Assembly: GCF_032191835.1 (NCBI RefSeq)
Contig: NC_083237.1
Coordinates: forward strand, 40,300,001-40,364,000
Source: Heteronotia binoei
Lineage: Eukaryota
Direction: 5' to 3'
Length of the DNA: 64,000 nucleotides
The position numbers and the translations under genes are program-made. The notes beneath the pieces are model-generated. The model was not told the origin of the DNA, did no database searches, and saw only the letters and a list, made by a program, of their open reading frames with translations. Below, one piece after another: positions 35,599 through 47,349 of the stretch. Position 1 is the stretch's first letter. Each line of letters starts with the position of its first letter.

Positions 35599-36658
35599 GC
35601 TCATGCCTTGCCACGCCACAACAGCGGCCGTAGATGGGGGGGGGCACATTTGCCTCTCTGCCGGAGGAGGAGACGACGCGTTTCCTGGCCATCCGGGGTT
35701 TCCTGGAGGGTGGAGCGCCAGGACTATAAGAGTCCTGGCCCCTCCCTGAGCCACGCGCTTGCTTTGTGGCTCTCGGCTGGGCAGTTCCTTTCATGGTGCT
35801 GTGAGTGTGCCGGGAGCCAAGAGCCTCATGTCGGCGAGTGTCGGGCTGCTGAGAGCCTCCTGTCTGCAACCTGGGGAGCGGAAAAGGCCTGTCAGGAGCA
35901 ACGGGCGGCCAGCGGCTCATTGCCTTGCGTCAGAGTCAGTCCCTTACTTGGGATTGCAGGCTTGTCGGGGCTTGGGAGTTTAACGGAGGGTGGTAACAGG
36001 CTTTTGGTTGTTCCACACACTTTGCCAGCGGAGGGAGTGTTGGGGCTTGCAGCCCAGTTGTGAGAAGGTTGCTTTGCAGCTTCTTGTTTTCTACTCCCAC
36101 CCATCCCCTTCCTTGTGTTTTTGGTAGGGGTTTATTCAGTGGAGAAGGGTGCCCTCTCAGTGCTTTTGCTTCCCCCCCTCCACCCCCCTTTTTCAACTGA
36201 CATGGGGCCAAAGAAGGGGCAGGGTAAGTCCAAGGGGAAGCAGCCTGCCAATGCACCTGGGAAGAGGGGGCAGAAAACTGCCCCTGATGATGGTGCTGAG
36301 GAAGCGAATCGCTTGCGGCTGGCTATCATTGATAAGCTGGGGGCCTTAAAACGGCAAAGGGGCACTGCTGGGGAGACATCAGGATGGACTGGGTGCTCTA
36401 GGGTCACTGGACGGTCTGGCACTACGATGTTTGAATGGGAGGTACTTGCACGGCTCTCTGCATTGCAAGACAGTGGAGGCAGCGGGGAGGAGTCTGGAGT
36501 GCAACCTTTGGAGAAGGAACCTGATGTTGAGGAGGAAGACGAAGGTGGTGTGGAAGTACTGGAACTTATGGTCAAGCCAGAGCGGCCGGAGCAGTTGGCA
36601 CCAGTGGCTGTTGTGGTGGCGCCACCTGTCAGCATAGGGTTCATGGACGCTCCAACAA

Positions 36659-37141
36659 TGGATAGACTCTTTTCATTTGAAAATAAGTTTCATTTATTGG
36701 ATACATACATGTTACTGCTATGAGAGTTCTTTGAAAGTGATAAGGTACACACACACTAGCTGGCCTTTATGGCCCAGGATCAAAGCTAGGGGGTTTAAAT
36801 CATTCTCACAATACAGTTGCATTCTACTTCTAAAAGGTGCGAGGTTCACACACTGATATCTTGCATAGCTAGCCGCGTCCGTTCTCTCTCCCCCACAGGC
36901 AGCCTTGCAGCGGCTGAAAGCCGGTCACATAGTTTGCACTTCAAACACCTTTACAGCTCTTGGCGCCAAGCTCCTCTCCCCCCCCCCACTCCCCCTGCTC
37001 TCACAGCTGAATTATAGCTACAGTTCACAGGGTTAGTAAGCAATACAACAATTTAGGCATTCTGGTTAGTATCAATTTGAACACAAGCTGACACCACCCA
37101 GGGTTGAGGGTAAGTATTGGCAGCTACAACAAGTGAAACAT
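36659..37141 (-). mobile_element. Solo-LTR-like insertion inside the Ngaro gag-like ORF
   Basis: TG...CA ends and minus-strand AATAAA at 36693-36698. Removing it restores ccaacaATGGccttggg. Confidence 0.6.
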
Positions 37142-38819
37142 GGAGGACTTCCGGTTTATGGCGTGGTGCGGCTGAGCCTTTCCCGAGCTCCGGGAACTGC
37201 ATTGTTTTGCTGGGCATTTGGGGGGACTTTCCGAAGGGAAGTGCCCCCTAAAGAAAAGTCAGAAGACGTATCGCAGTTTGGGGAGCTTCTTGGGATTGGG
37301 GAGGGGGGGAGCGGAGGCTCCTCTTTCAATCCCAGCCTGTCCCCGCAGCCGATGCCTAGCAACACTTTAGTGACCAACCGGGCCACCGGAGAAGGGAACG
37401 AACAGAGACAATATCTTCTATCCATTACAAGGAACGACTAAAAGAATAGAAACACGAAGTTTTGTTCTCACCTATTTTCAACGGCGGCGGAGACCCAGCG
37501 GCCGAGCTAGTGCCGAGCTCGGTCGGGAGGCGCAGACTGAGAGCAGAGAGCGGAGAGCAGAAAGAAGCGGATGAATGGCGAACGAGATTGTTGGCAAGAA
37601 ATACAGCAGGTACGAGACTATTTTGGGCTAAGGCGGAGTTAGGGACGGTGCATTTGTGCTGGAGGAAGATAGAAGACTAAAAGATAAAATTTAGTCGCTT
37701 TAGCCAGGTGGAGACGGGGAAGGTGGAACCGAATTGGAAAGACAGGGAAGCTGACGACGAACAGCGGTCGTAATGGCGGAGGTTGTATGATGAAGCGAAG
37801 GGGCTGTCAGTCTGAGTGAGTTATTGGAGCCGGAGAAACGGATAGAAAGGTTTAAGGTGAACAATATAATATAATACAACAGTAGAGGAAGAAAAAGGAA
37901 GAAGATATAAGAAAGGAAGAACAGAAGGGAAAGGAGAAATTGACTGGATAAATCGTCGGACTTTGACATGTGGAGAGTAGATTAATGGCGGCGTTGCTGT
38001 GATTTAAGTGAAAGTACGAGACGGAAAGAGAGAGGCGTTTGAACATATATAGGATTTTTGAAAACTATTTAATGGTCTAGAATGGTGTAAAAAGAAAGAA
38101 AGAAATTTAAGCACAGTACTTGGGAGATATAACTTGGCAAAGGGTGGGGAGAGGGTTTTTAGCAGCGGTTGCGCTGCGGCTGTCTCCCCACTGAAGATGG
38201 GCTTTTGACTGTTTGGAAGTTGTTGGAACAATTTGTGTGGTCAAGGATAACAAAGACAAAGACAATAACTGCAGAAAGAAAGGAAACACGAAAGAAGGTA
38301 TCTTATTGTGGAAGAAGAAGAGCAGGAGAAGGAGAAGGAGAAAGAGGAAGACGCAAGAAAACATGAACTTAATAATTAATATGTTGTAGAAAGGAAAGTT
38401 AAACTGAAAGGTAGAGAACTGGTTAATGTTGTGTATATAATTGTTGAATGTTTAACTGCTCCATATATAATTGCTGTATAGTGGTAAGGAAAGTATTATA
38501 TATTTGATGTAATAACTGATATAATAGAAAAAATAGTTAATTCTGTAAGGGTAAATTAAGATATTAGGGTAACTGTAATTAATTAATGTACTAGGAGATC
38601 AAGGTAACTGTGTCACTTAAGGAATAGAAATTAATGTAATGAATTGAATAGTTGTTGATTATATAAGGATTTGGGATTTGGGAAATTAACTGGATTAATT
38701 GATTAGTTAATTAATTAATTAATTAAGCATACTCCCTGAGTAAGGAGACGGAGGAGGTAAATATAGGAAGTAAGAGAATTCTGTTAATAATTGTTTCAGA
38801 AAGTATCTAAGAAACAGAA

Positions 38820-39830
38820 ATGGGTCCTAAAAAGTTTGGGCAAGGTACCCCCTCACCAACTCCTGGGGGAGGGGGGAAACCAATACCAGAAACAACAAAT
38901 CAAGATGCTATTGAGAAACTGCAAAATATAGTGACGGCTGGTTTTAGGCAAAACCAAGAAGCGTTAGAGGCGATGAAAGTAGACTTAATGGGTCAGATAA
39001 TAAAAACAAACAGACAAGTTGAGGAATTCCAAAAACAGCTATTAGCGAATACTCAACAAGTTCACAGTTTGGCTGCTAAAGTGGATAAAATAGTCGAAAG
39101 TGAGAAGGAGGTGGCCAATATAACCAGAGAAAATAAAGCAACTGTGACCAAATTGGAGGAAAGAGTAATAAAGTTAGAGATGGAAAAAGCAGCGTATATA
39201 TTACGCTTCCAAAATATACCAGAGGAAAAGGACGAAAATATAATAGAGAAAATTTTGGAACTGCTGACCTTTGAAGATGATCAATGGCTGGAGGAGGGAA
39301 GGAGAGATATTGAGTGGGCCAAAAGAATTTCCTCCAGCTATACGAGGAAACATAATTTGGCAAGAGAGGTACAAGTTAAATTTACCCATCTCACGACATG
39401 TGAAAAAATCTTGAAAAAAGTTAAAGAGCAGGGATTGAAGTGGAAGGATGCTAACATAAAAGTGCTGAAAGATGTGCCCTGGGAGGTCCGCCAACGTAGA
39501 ACTAAATATCGTAGACTAACAACCTGGTTGATGAGACATTCAGTGCAATTTAGATGGTTAATTCCGGAAGGGATTTTCTTCATATATCAAACTAGAAGAC
39601 ATAACATAACATCGTTGGAAAAATTAGAGGAATTCTGGGATCAATATGTGGATCTAAGTAGCCATGAATCTGAGACGGGAGATGAACAAGAAGAACAAGA
39701 AGAACAAGACTGTCGGAGTAAATCAGAACAGGGTGCTGTGCAGAAGTTGTGGAAAGGAGGAATAAAGACAAGGACCCAAACTAAAAAAGTTCAGAAAGTA
39801 GTATCTGATAGTATAGACTTGTTAAAATGA
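38820..39830 (+). CDS. L1 ORF1p (coiled coil, RRM, CTD), intact 336 aa
   Basis: Heptad-rich N-terminal half, LRFQNIPEE, REVQVKF, IKVLKDVP, FRWLIPEG. The stop overlaps the ORF2 start (ATGA at 39827-39830). Confidence 0.9.
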   Translation: MGPKKFGQGTPSPTPGGGGKPIPETTNQDAIEKLQNIVTAGFRQNQEALEAMKVDLMGQIIKTNRQVEEFQKQLLANTQQVHSLAAKVDKIVESEKEVANITRENKATVTKLEERVIKLEMEKAAYILRFQNIPEEKDENIIEKILELLTFEDDQWLEEGRRDIEWAKRISSSYTRKHNLAREVQVKFTHLTTCEKILKKVKEQGLKWKDANIKVLKDVPWEVRQRRTKYRRLTTWLMRHSVQFRWLIPEGIFFIYQTRRHNITSLEKLEEFWDQYVDLSSHESETGDEQEEQEEQDCRSKSEQGAVQKLWKGGIKTRTQTKKVQKVVSDSIDLLK

Positions 39831-42800
39831 ATACCAGGACTGAAATGCAAATTATATCAGTTAACGTTAACGGCCTAAATGACCCAGGAAAAAGAAGAAG
39901 GATATTCCAACAACTTAAAAAAACATCTTCTTCAATAATTTGTCTACAGGAGACGCATATTCAAGAAAAAGATACAAAATATCTGCGAAATGAGAAATTA
40001 GGTATGCTCTACCATTCATCTGATCCAGAAAGAAAAAAGAAAGGGGTAGCTATATATGTATCCAAGTCTATCCAATCTAGTTGTTTATATACGGATAATA
40101 AGGGAAGAATAGTGATGGTAGAGATAGAGTATTGCGGAAATAAATTGATACTAGTTAACATTTATGCCCCTAATGAAAACCTCGCAAAATTTTACAAAAC
40201 CCTGCATAAAAAATTGATGGAATTCGAACCTAAGAATTGTTGCATTATAGGCGATTATAACGCAGTCTTCGACACAGAAAAAGATAAAAAATTTGAAGAA
40301 CAAAAAAAAAGGAAGCTGCGAAGTAGTTTGCCAAAAGATTTCTTAAAATTAGCTGATGAATTTAATTTATTAGATGCGTGGAGAACTAAGAATCCATCAA
40401 CCAAGGATTATACTTACTATTCATCTGCCCACAAGTGCTGGTCGAGAATCGATATGTGTTGGCTGTCGGCCGACTTAATGTTATCAGTTCGACAAGCGGA
40501 TATCCTACCTAGTACGTACGCTGATCACAATCCAATCCAGATCAATTTATTAGGAACTTTGAAGAACTCACGGTGGACTCTTAATTTGCAAATTCTTAAA
40601 GAAACAAAATTTCTGGAGGCAACAAAGAAAGAAATAAAGGAATTCTTCCGGCACAACTTAACCAAGGATACCAGCATGCACATCATTTGGGATACATTTA
40701 AGGCCTTCTTTCGTGGGATTGCAATAAAATATACAGCAGGAAGGAAAAGAGAACGTTTGAAGACCTATAAGGAACTGGTTCAAAAATTAAGTGAACAAGA
40801 GAAGCAGCTAAAGATAAAGAATATAGAAGAAATAAGATTAAAGATTTCGGCTATTCAACACCAAATTAACTTAATATTAATGGAAGAAGTAGAAAAGAAG
40901 ATGAAATGGATGAGACAAACTCACTTTGAAAGTGCAAATAAAGCCAGCCGATGGCTAGCATACAAGCTAAAAAAGGAAAGAAGTAAAAAAAATCATAAAA
41001 TTACTTAAAGATGAAGAAGGGAAAGAGACAACACAAATCAATCAGATGAAAACAATAATTCAAAAGTTTTACCAAAAATTATATAAAGGTCAAGAAATCC
41101 CTAACCAGTTACAAGAAGAATATATAGCAAAGACTAAATTAAAACAGCTGACACAAGAACAAAAAGAAAAATTAGAAGCACCAATAACCATGCATGAGAT
41201 TGGGGAAGCGATTAACCAACAAAAGTCGAATAAAGCACCAGGACCGGATGGCCTCCCCATTGAATTTTATAAAGTGTTTGAAGAAGAACTGCTTATCCCG
41301 TACAAAAACGTAATTGAAGACACACAAAAAAATTATGGAATACCAGCATCTTGGAAGGAAGCACTTATTACCTTGATACACAAAGAAGGTACAGATCCAG
41401 CGGAAGTAAAGAACTATAGACCTATTTCCCTGCTAAACAGTGATTATAAAGTTTTTGCTACTGTGCTGGCAAACAGACTTTAAAAAGTCATAAATGCGGT
41501 TGTCCATGAAGACCAAACAGGCTTCGTGCCAGGTAGACAAATGAAACAGAATGTAAGATTTCTAATGAATGTTATTGAATACTATAAGGAACATCCTGAG
41601 AAGCAGGTGGCACTAATATTTGTGGACGCAGAAAAAGCCTTCGACAATGTTAATTGGAATTTTATATTGAAATCGTTGGAGGCAGTAGGTTGCGGAGGAA
41701 ACTTTCGTAGACTGGTGGAAACTATATACACAGAACAAAACGCAAGGATCAGCTTTAACAATACCAAAACAGACTTGATTGCGATAGCGCAGGGTACAAG
41801 ACAAGGTTGTCCCCTATCGCCACTATTATTTATACTAACGTTAGAGCTTTTAATGCAAAGAATAAGGAACGAAGATAGAATAAGAGGTACTAAAATTAGG
41901 GGAGAGGAGCTGAAGATTCAAGCCTTTGCAGATGATCTGTTGTGTACTTTAGAAGACCCAAACTCATCTATTGAACAATTGAAAGAAACATTTAAACAAT
42001 ATGGATATGTATCGGGACTCAAGATTAATGTACAGAAAACGAAATTTTTCACAAAAAATATGAATAAAGAACAAATTAATCAATTTGAAACCCAGTCAGA
42101 ATTTGCATATGGGAAAAAAAGTGAGATATTTAGGAATTCAAATGACTAATGACCTTAAAGACTTGTATCGGGACAATTATGAGAAATTAATAAAAGAAAT
42201 TCAAGAGGACTTAAGCAGATGGGAAGATTTGCATATTTCACTTCTGGGCAGGATTGCAACTATTAAAATGAATGTGTTGCCAAGAGTATTGTTCCTTTTC
42301 CAGATGATTCCTATTATGCTCCCGAAGAAATTTTCCCAACAGATGAATAAAATAATTCTATCATTTATTTGGCAGAACAAAAAGCCCAGAATTAGATTGA
42401 AAGTACTGCAAGACAGTAAACTGAGAGGTGGGTTGGCCTTACCAGAATGGAACTTGTATCATAAGGCTAGTCGTATAGTTTGGCTAATAGAGTGGATTAC
42501 ATTGAGAAATAAAAGAATGTTGACCATGGAGGGGGCAGGTTTGGGGAGAGGATGGCACGGATATCTTTGGTACCAAAACCCTCCACCAAACAGTTTGTTT
42601 TGGAGGCATGAAATAAGAAAATCCCTCTATAGGGCTTGGATGGATATTAGAAAGTTCTATTCCTACACTCCATTATGGATATCACCAGTGGAGGCTCATA
42701 CCCACCCCAATCTTTATGACTGGAATAATTTAAGTGACTACCAAAACTTATTAGACAAACAGAACAACTTGCGAACGGGAGAAATGGCCCAATTAGACTG

Positions 42801-43557
42801 GTGGCTGAAATGTCAAGTACAAGCAAGCTATCAAAATGATAAAGAAAGAGGGTTTCCTAAGAAATTAAACGACCTTGACCAAATTATCCTGATAGATCAG
42901 AAATTAATTTCTAAAATCTATGAATGGTTACTACGAGAGAAAATGCAGGGGGAGGTAGTTAAAGAATCTTGGATAAAATGGTTAGGAGATTTTGGGTTTA
43001 ATATTAGTTTGGATGACTGGGAGAAAATATGGAAACGAAATGTAAAATTAACTACGTCGGCTTTGTTCAAGGAAAATCTATACAAAATGATCTACCGTTG
43101 GTACTTAACACCAGACCGCCTAGCGAAAATATATCCCAACTACTCCAACAAATGTTGGAAATGTAAAAAGACCAAAGGATCATTATTCCATGTCTGGTGG
43201 AAATGTGAGTTTGCTAAAAAATATTGGGTGTCAATTAATATTTGGACCCAAAATTTTTTAAAAATTAAGTTACACCATTCTCCAGAACTATTTCTTCTGA
43301 ATATCTGTAGAGAGAATTTCCCACCTAAAATGATTAAGGTACTAATGTATATTGTTACTGTTGCAAGAATATTATTTGCTAAATACTGGAAGACGCCTCA
43401 AATTCCTTCTAGGGAAGAATTTATTGTTAAACTTATGGAAGCTGCGGAGTCGGATTTAATGACTACAAGATTACGTGAAGGCAACTTACAAAAATGTAAA
43501 GAGAGCTGGGAACCAATATATTGTCGGGTAAAAAGTAAAGGACTAATACTGGAATAA
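39827..43557 (+). pseudogene. L1 ORF2 (APE endonuclease, RT, CCHC) with three lesions
   Basis: SVNVNGL, GDYN, SRID, ADHNP, YRPISLLNSDYK, QGCPLSP, FADD, CWKC-x8-H-x4-C. Lesions: +1 in an A8 run near 40985-40992, in-frame TAA at 41481-41483, +1 in an A7 run at 42114-42120. Confidence 0.92.
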
Positions 43558-43790
43558 TAGAAACATTATAAATAAATCTCTGTTCGTACCCGGGATGTTT
43601 GGGAGTATGTTTGTGGGGTGGAGGGAGTTTGGATTTAGCTGGAGGATGTATGGAATGTGTTTGTATATGTATTGTATGTATTTGTAAGTATTTGTGTTCC
43701 TACTTGTTGTATTTGTTTTTGCACTTGGGTGTAATAAACATGGTTTAAAATGTAAAAAACAACAACAACAACAACAACAACAAGTGAAAC

Positions 43791-44869
43791 ATGGCCTTGG
43801 GCCCCCCCTACAACACCTCAAGGGGGGCTATGTCAGCGGGGTTTCCCCCCCAGTAGGGCAGGGGGCGCTGTGGTCGTATCCCAAGCAACCTGGTCCATCT
43901 TGGGCCGTGCCCGGGCCTTCTCAGCAGAGCATGGGTCAAGTGGGCCTAAGCGGGTGTCCCCTGCCTCGGGGGGGGGGGCGTTTACGGCACCTGCAGTTTC
44001 ACAGGGTGTGTTAGGTCAGTCGGCTACTGGGGTCCTTTCATGGGGTGGACAGATGATGCCTCATCAGACAGGGGGATGGCCCAGTGATCAGTGGACCACC
44101 TGGGGCTATTTCCCCAATCCTTATGGGTCAGTCCCGTTTCAGGCCATTCCCTTTGGTGATACTGCAATGCCTTTGGGGGACCATTTGACCCCTGCTACAC
44201 GTGAAAAAATTTTAAGAGGGGAATATGTGGATATATTTAGTTTATTATTTAGGGAGCTTGAGAAGAAGGAAAAGGATGATCTCAATGAGAAAGAGAAAGA
44301 AAAGCTGAAGCGCAGGAAGGTGGACAGGACCTGAGCCAACTGGTTTCCTGATTTATGCTGGGGTTATTGTGCTGGCACAGCCGTTTAGGGCAGCACCCCT
44401 ATTTTAGTACTGCAATATCATTTATCGGGCCTACACTGACTTTGTGGGGGCCGCGTGGTTGCAGTACGACGAAGCCTTTCGTATGAGGGCGGCAATTAAC
44501 CTGACTCTTCCATGGAACCAAATTAACCAACAGTTGTGGCTCCAGCTGATGTCCCCCGCAAAACCCAATGCGGGCGATCGGGCAGACAGCGGTCACATTG
44601 TACAGAAATTGCAGAGCACACCAGTAGCCCGCAATGTGGTGGGCCAGTCGGTTGAACCCCGGCTGTTATGTTGGGAGTTTACGTCCCAAGGGATTTGTTC
44701 GAGGAAAGCGTGTAAGTTCAAGCATGAGTGCCCGTTGTGCGGGGGGTCACACACATTTTCATCCTGCACAAAAGCCAAAACCAGAAGCGGTGCCAAGCGA
44801 ACTGGGGGTGGGGGTAACTTTTCACAACCTGGTAAAGGGTCCCAGCCCCACTCGGGTGAAAGTACTTAG
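43791..44869 (+). pseudogene. Ngaro gag-like ORF, 3' part (disrupted)
   Basis: KILRGEYVDIFSLL, AWLQYDEAFRMRAA, and a Cys/His cluster CWEF...CSRKACKFKHECPLCGGSH. Confidence 0.75.
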
Positions 44870-46394
44870 GGAGTTATTGAAGGGGTATCCTTTAGTGGCG
44901 GACAGTACCTTTTTGTTGGAGGGTTTTACCCATGGGTTCCAGAACCCATTTCAGGGTACTAGGGCACCGAGTATGGCATCCAATCTTTGTTCTGTTAAGG
45001 GAATGGAGGAGGTTGTCCGGGAAAAAATTGCTAAGGAATGCAGGGAAGGTCGGGTGATTGGCCCCTTCGATTCACCTCTGGTGCCTAACCTGATGGTGTC
45101 CCCTCTAGGGGTGGTGCTGAAAAAGGCACCCGGGGAGTATCGCCTTATTCATCACTTGTCATACCTTAAAGGTGAATCGGTGAATGATGCCATCCCTGAC
45201 CAACTTTGTTCAGTGCGATACACTTCCTTTGACCAGGTGGTTAAAGTGGTGCGTGGGTGTGGTCCGGGTGCTGAAATGGCAAAATGCGACATTAAGTCGG
45301 CATTTCACTTGTTACCTGTCCACCCTAGGGATTTTGAGTTGTTGGGGTTTATGTTCGACGGTAAATATTTTATAGACCGGGCCTTGCCGATGGGTTGTTC
45401 AATTTCTTGCACCACATTTGAGCGTTTCAGTTCCTTTTTGGAATGGGCACTCCAGGTTAAGGCGGGGCTGACCGAGACGGTTCATTACCTTGACGACTTT
45501 CTTTTCGTGGGCCCAGTGGACTCTGGTCAATGCACCAGATTAATGGAGGCATTCGTTCAGCTGGCAGCTGAGCTTGGGGTTCCACTGGTGCACGAAAAGA
45601 CTGAAGGCCTGTCATCAGTTTTAACATTTTTGGGCATCAACACCTGTAGGCAAACGTCACGGCTTCCGGAAGACAAGGTCCAGAATTTGCGGGCACGAAT
45701 TGCAGCATTTAGGGGGCAGAAGAAGGTGTCTTTGCTCGAGCTATAGTAGCTTGTTGGGCATTTTGCATGTAGGGTGGTCGCCCCGGGGAGGGCGTTCCTT
45801 AGGCGACTATGCGATGCAATGGGTTCCCTCCACTTACCTCATCACAAAATGAGGATAACCACAGGAATGCGCAGGGACCTTGAGGTCTGGGATAGGTTTT
45901 TGGAATCGTTCAATGTGGTTTCCTTTTGGAGGGAGGACATGCGTATTGAAGCTGACCTCCAGATAAATTCTGATGCTGCTGGCTCCATTGGCATTGGTGT
46001 GCCGAAAGGTGGCCCAGGGAATGGTTGGCTGGACAGCTCTGCAGAGACTTAACATTTTTGGAATTTTTTCCTATTGTGGTAGCAATTAGCCAACCATATG
46101 GTGAATTTTTGGTGTGACAATTTGGCAGTGGTTCAGGTGATTAACTCATTGTCCTCCAGATCTGCCCCAGTAATGAGCCTGGTCCAAGCCTTCACACTGT
46201 GCTGCCTTCAATTGAATTTGCTGTTTATGGCCAGGCACGTTCCGGGTGTTAGTAATAGTGTGGCGGACGCTCTGTCTCGCCAACAGATGGAGAGTTTTTG
46301 CCAGCTGGAGCCAGAAGCTGACCCATTGCCGGTCAGGATGCCTCAAGACCTGTGGCAGCTTGGAGGGTCGAAGCTGGTAGGGCAATCAGTTTAG
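44830..46394 (+). pseudogene. Ngaro reverse transcriptase / RNase H (disrupted)
   Basis: KKAPGEYRLIHHLS, KCDIKSAF, ALPMGCSIS, HYLDDF, then SDAAGSIG, FWCDNLAVV, HVPGVSNSVADALSR. Confidence 0.9.
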
Positions 46395-47272
46395 CCTTGG
46401 CGCCAAGTACCCGAAGGGCATATGAGTGAGCCATACAGCAATTCCAAGGGTTTAGAACCAAAGCAGGACTACAGGACAGTTGGCCGGTGTCGGTGCCCCA
46501 CTTGATGCAGTTCCTAGTATATCAAAAAGAGAGGGGCTTGGCAGTTAAGTCTATAAGAGGGCAGCTGGTGGCAATTGCATTTGTTAGTAAGGCCCGTGGA
46601 ATTATGGAAAACACCGGTGACTTCAGAGTCAAGAAGATGCTGGAGGGTTGGTCCAGGGAAAAAGGGTCTAGGGCTGACCAGCGTCAGCCTATTTCACCTG
46701 CCATGCTTAAGGGGTTGGGTCAGATTTGGCCAAAGGTTTGTGTCTCCCCCTTTGAAGTTGCCTTGTTTCATGCAGCAGCACTAACAGCCTTTTTCGGGGC
46801 TTTGAGAGTTAGTGAGCTGGTGGCTCAGTCCCGTAAGGATCAGTCTAACTGTGCCTTGAGGACCAGTGACATCACTTTTAAAGGGGAGTAGGTGGTGTTA
46901 ATGGTCAGGCAGTCCAAGATGGACCAAGGGGGCAAGGGTGCAGCTGTTATACTCGGACCGTGTAGTGAGTCCGAATTGTGCCCGGTTAGTGCGTTGCAGA
47001 AGTATGTTTCGATAAGGGGGGAGGCAGAGGGTCCGTTATTTTGTCATCATGATGGGTCTCCACTTACCAAATTCCAATTTTGGGCGGTAACTGCTCGGGT
47101 GTTGGATAAGCTGGGGCTAAAGGGGGTCAAATTTAGAACCCATTTGTTTAGAATCGGGGCGGCCTCCACTGTGGCAGCGATGGGGTACCCAGGCCCTGAA
47201 ATACAGAGGGTCAGTAGGTGGCGTTCTGCGGCCTACTGCTCATATGTGCACCCTTTGCTCCCTCCAGTTTAG
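46380..47272 (+). pseudogene. Ngaro tyrosine recombinase (disrupted by stops)
   Basis: LAPSTRRAY-like start, AFFGALRVSELV, QSKMDQ, CPVSAL, HLFRIGAAS, RWRSAAYCSYV (R-K-H-x-x-R-W-Y catalytic set). Confidence 0.88.
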
Positions 47273-47349
47273 GCTCGGCTAACCTTTTCTTAACAAGGTT
47301 TGGCCGTGACAGGCATGTTTGGTTCTTGGTTGACTGTTTTTTCCTTCCA

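Larger units (their letters stand above)
37145..43776 (+). mobile_element. Full-length L1-clade LINE with 18-bp TSD
   Basis: Starts aggacttccgg, then a 1.67-kb 5'UTR, ORF1, ORF2, AATAAA at about 43733 and an A/(CAA)n tail. TSD ACAACAAGTGAAACATGG at 37127-37144 and 43777-43794. Confidence 0.95.

Noticed and set aside
34925-35920. 331-aa ORF as an intact olfactory receptor
   Set aside because: The first 120 or so residues are antisense Ngaro leader and out-of-frame OR sequence. TM1-TM2 and the N-glycosylation site are absent.
36202-38840. Shared MGPKK start of the Ngaro gag-like ORF and L1 ORF1
   Set aside because: Only five residues of a common basic N-terminus, with no further similarity.
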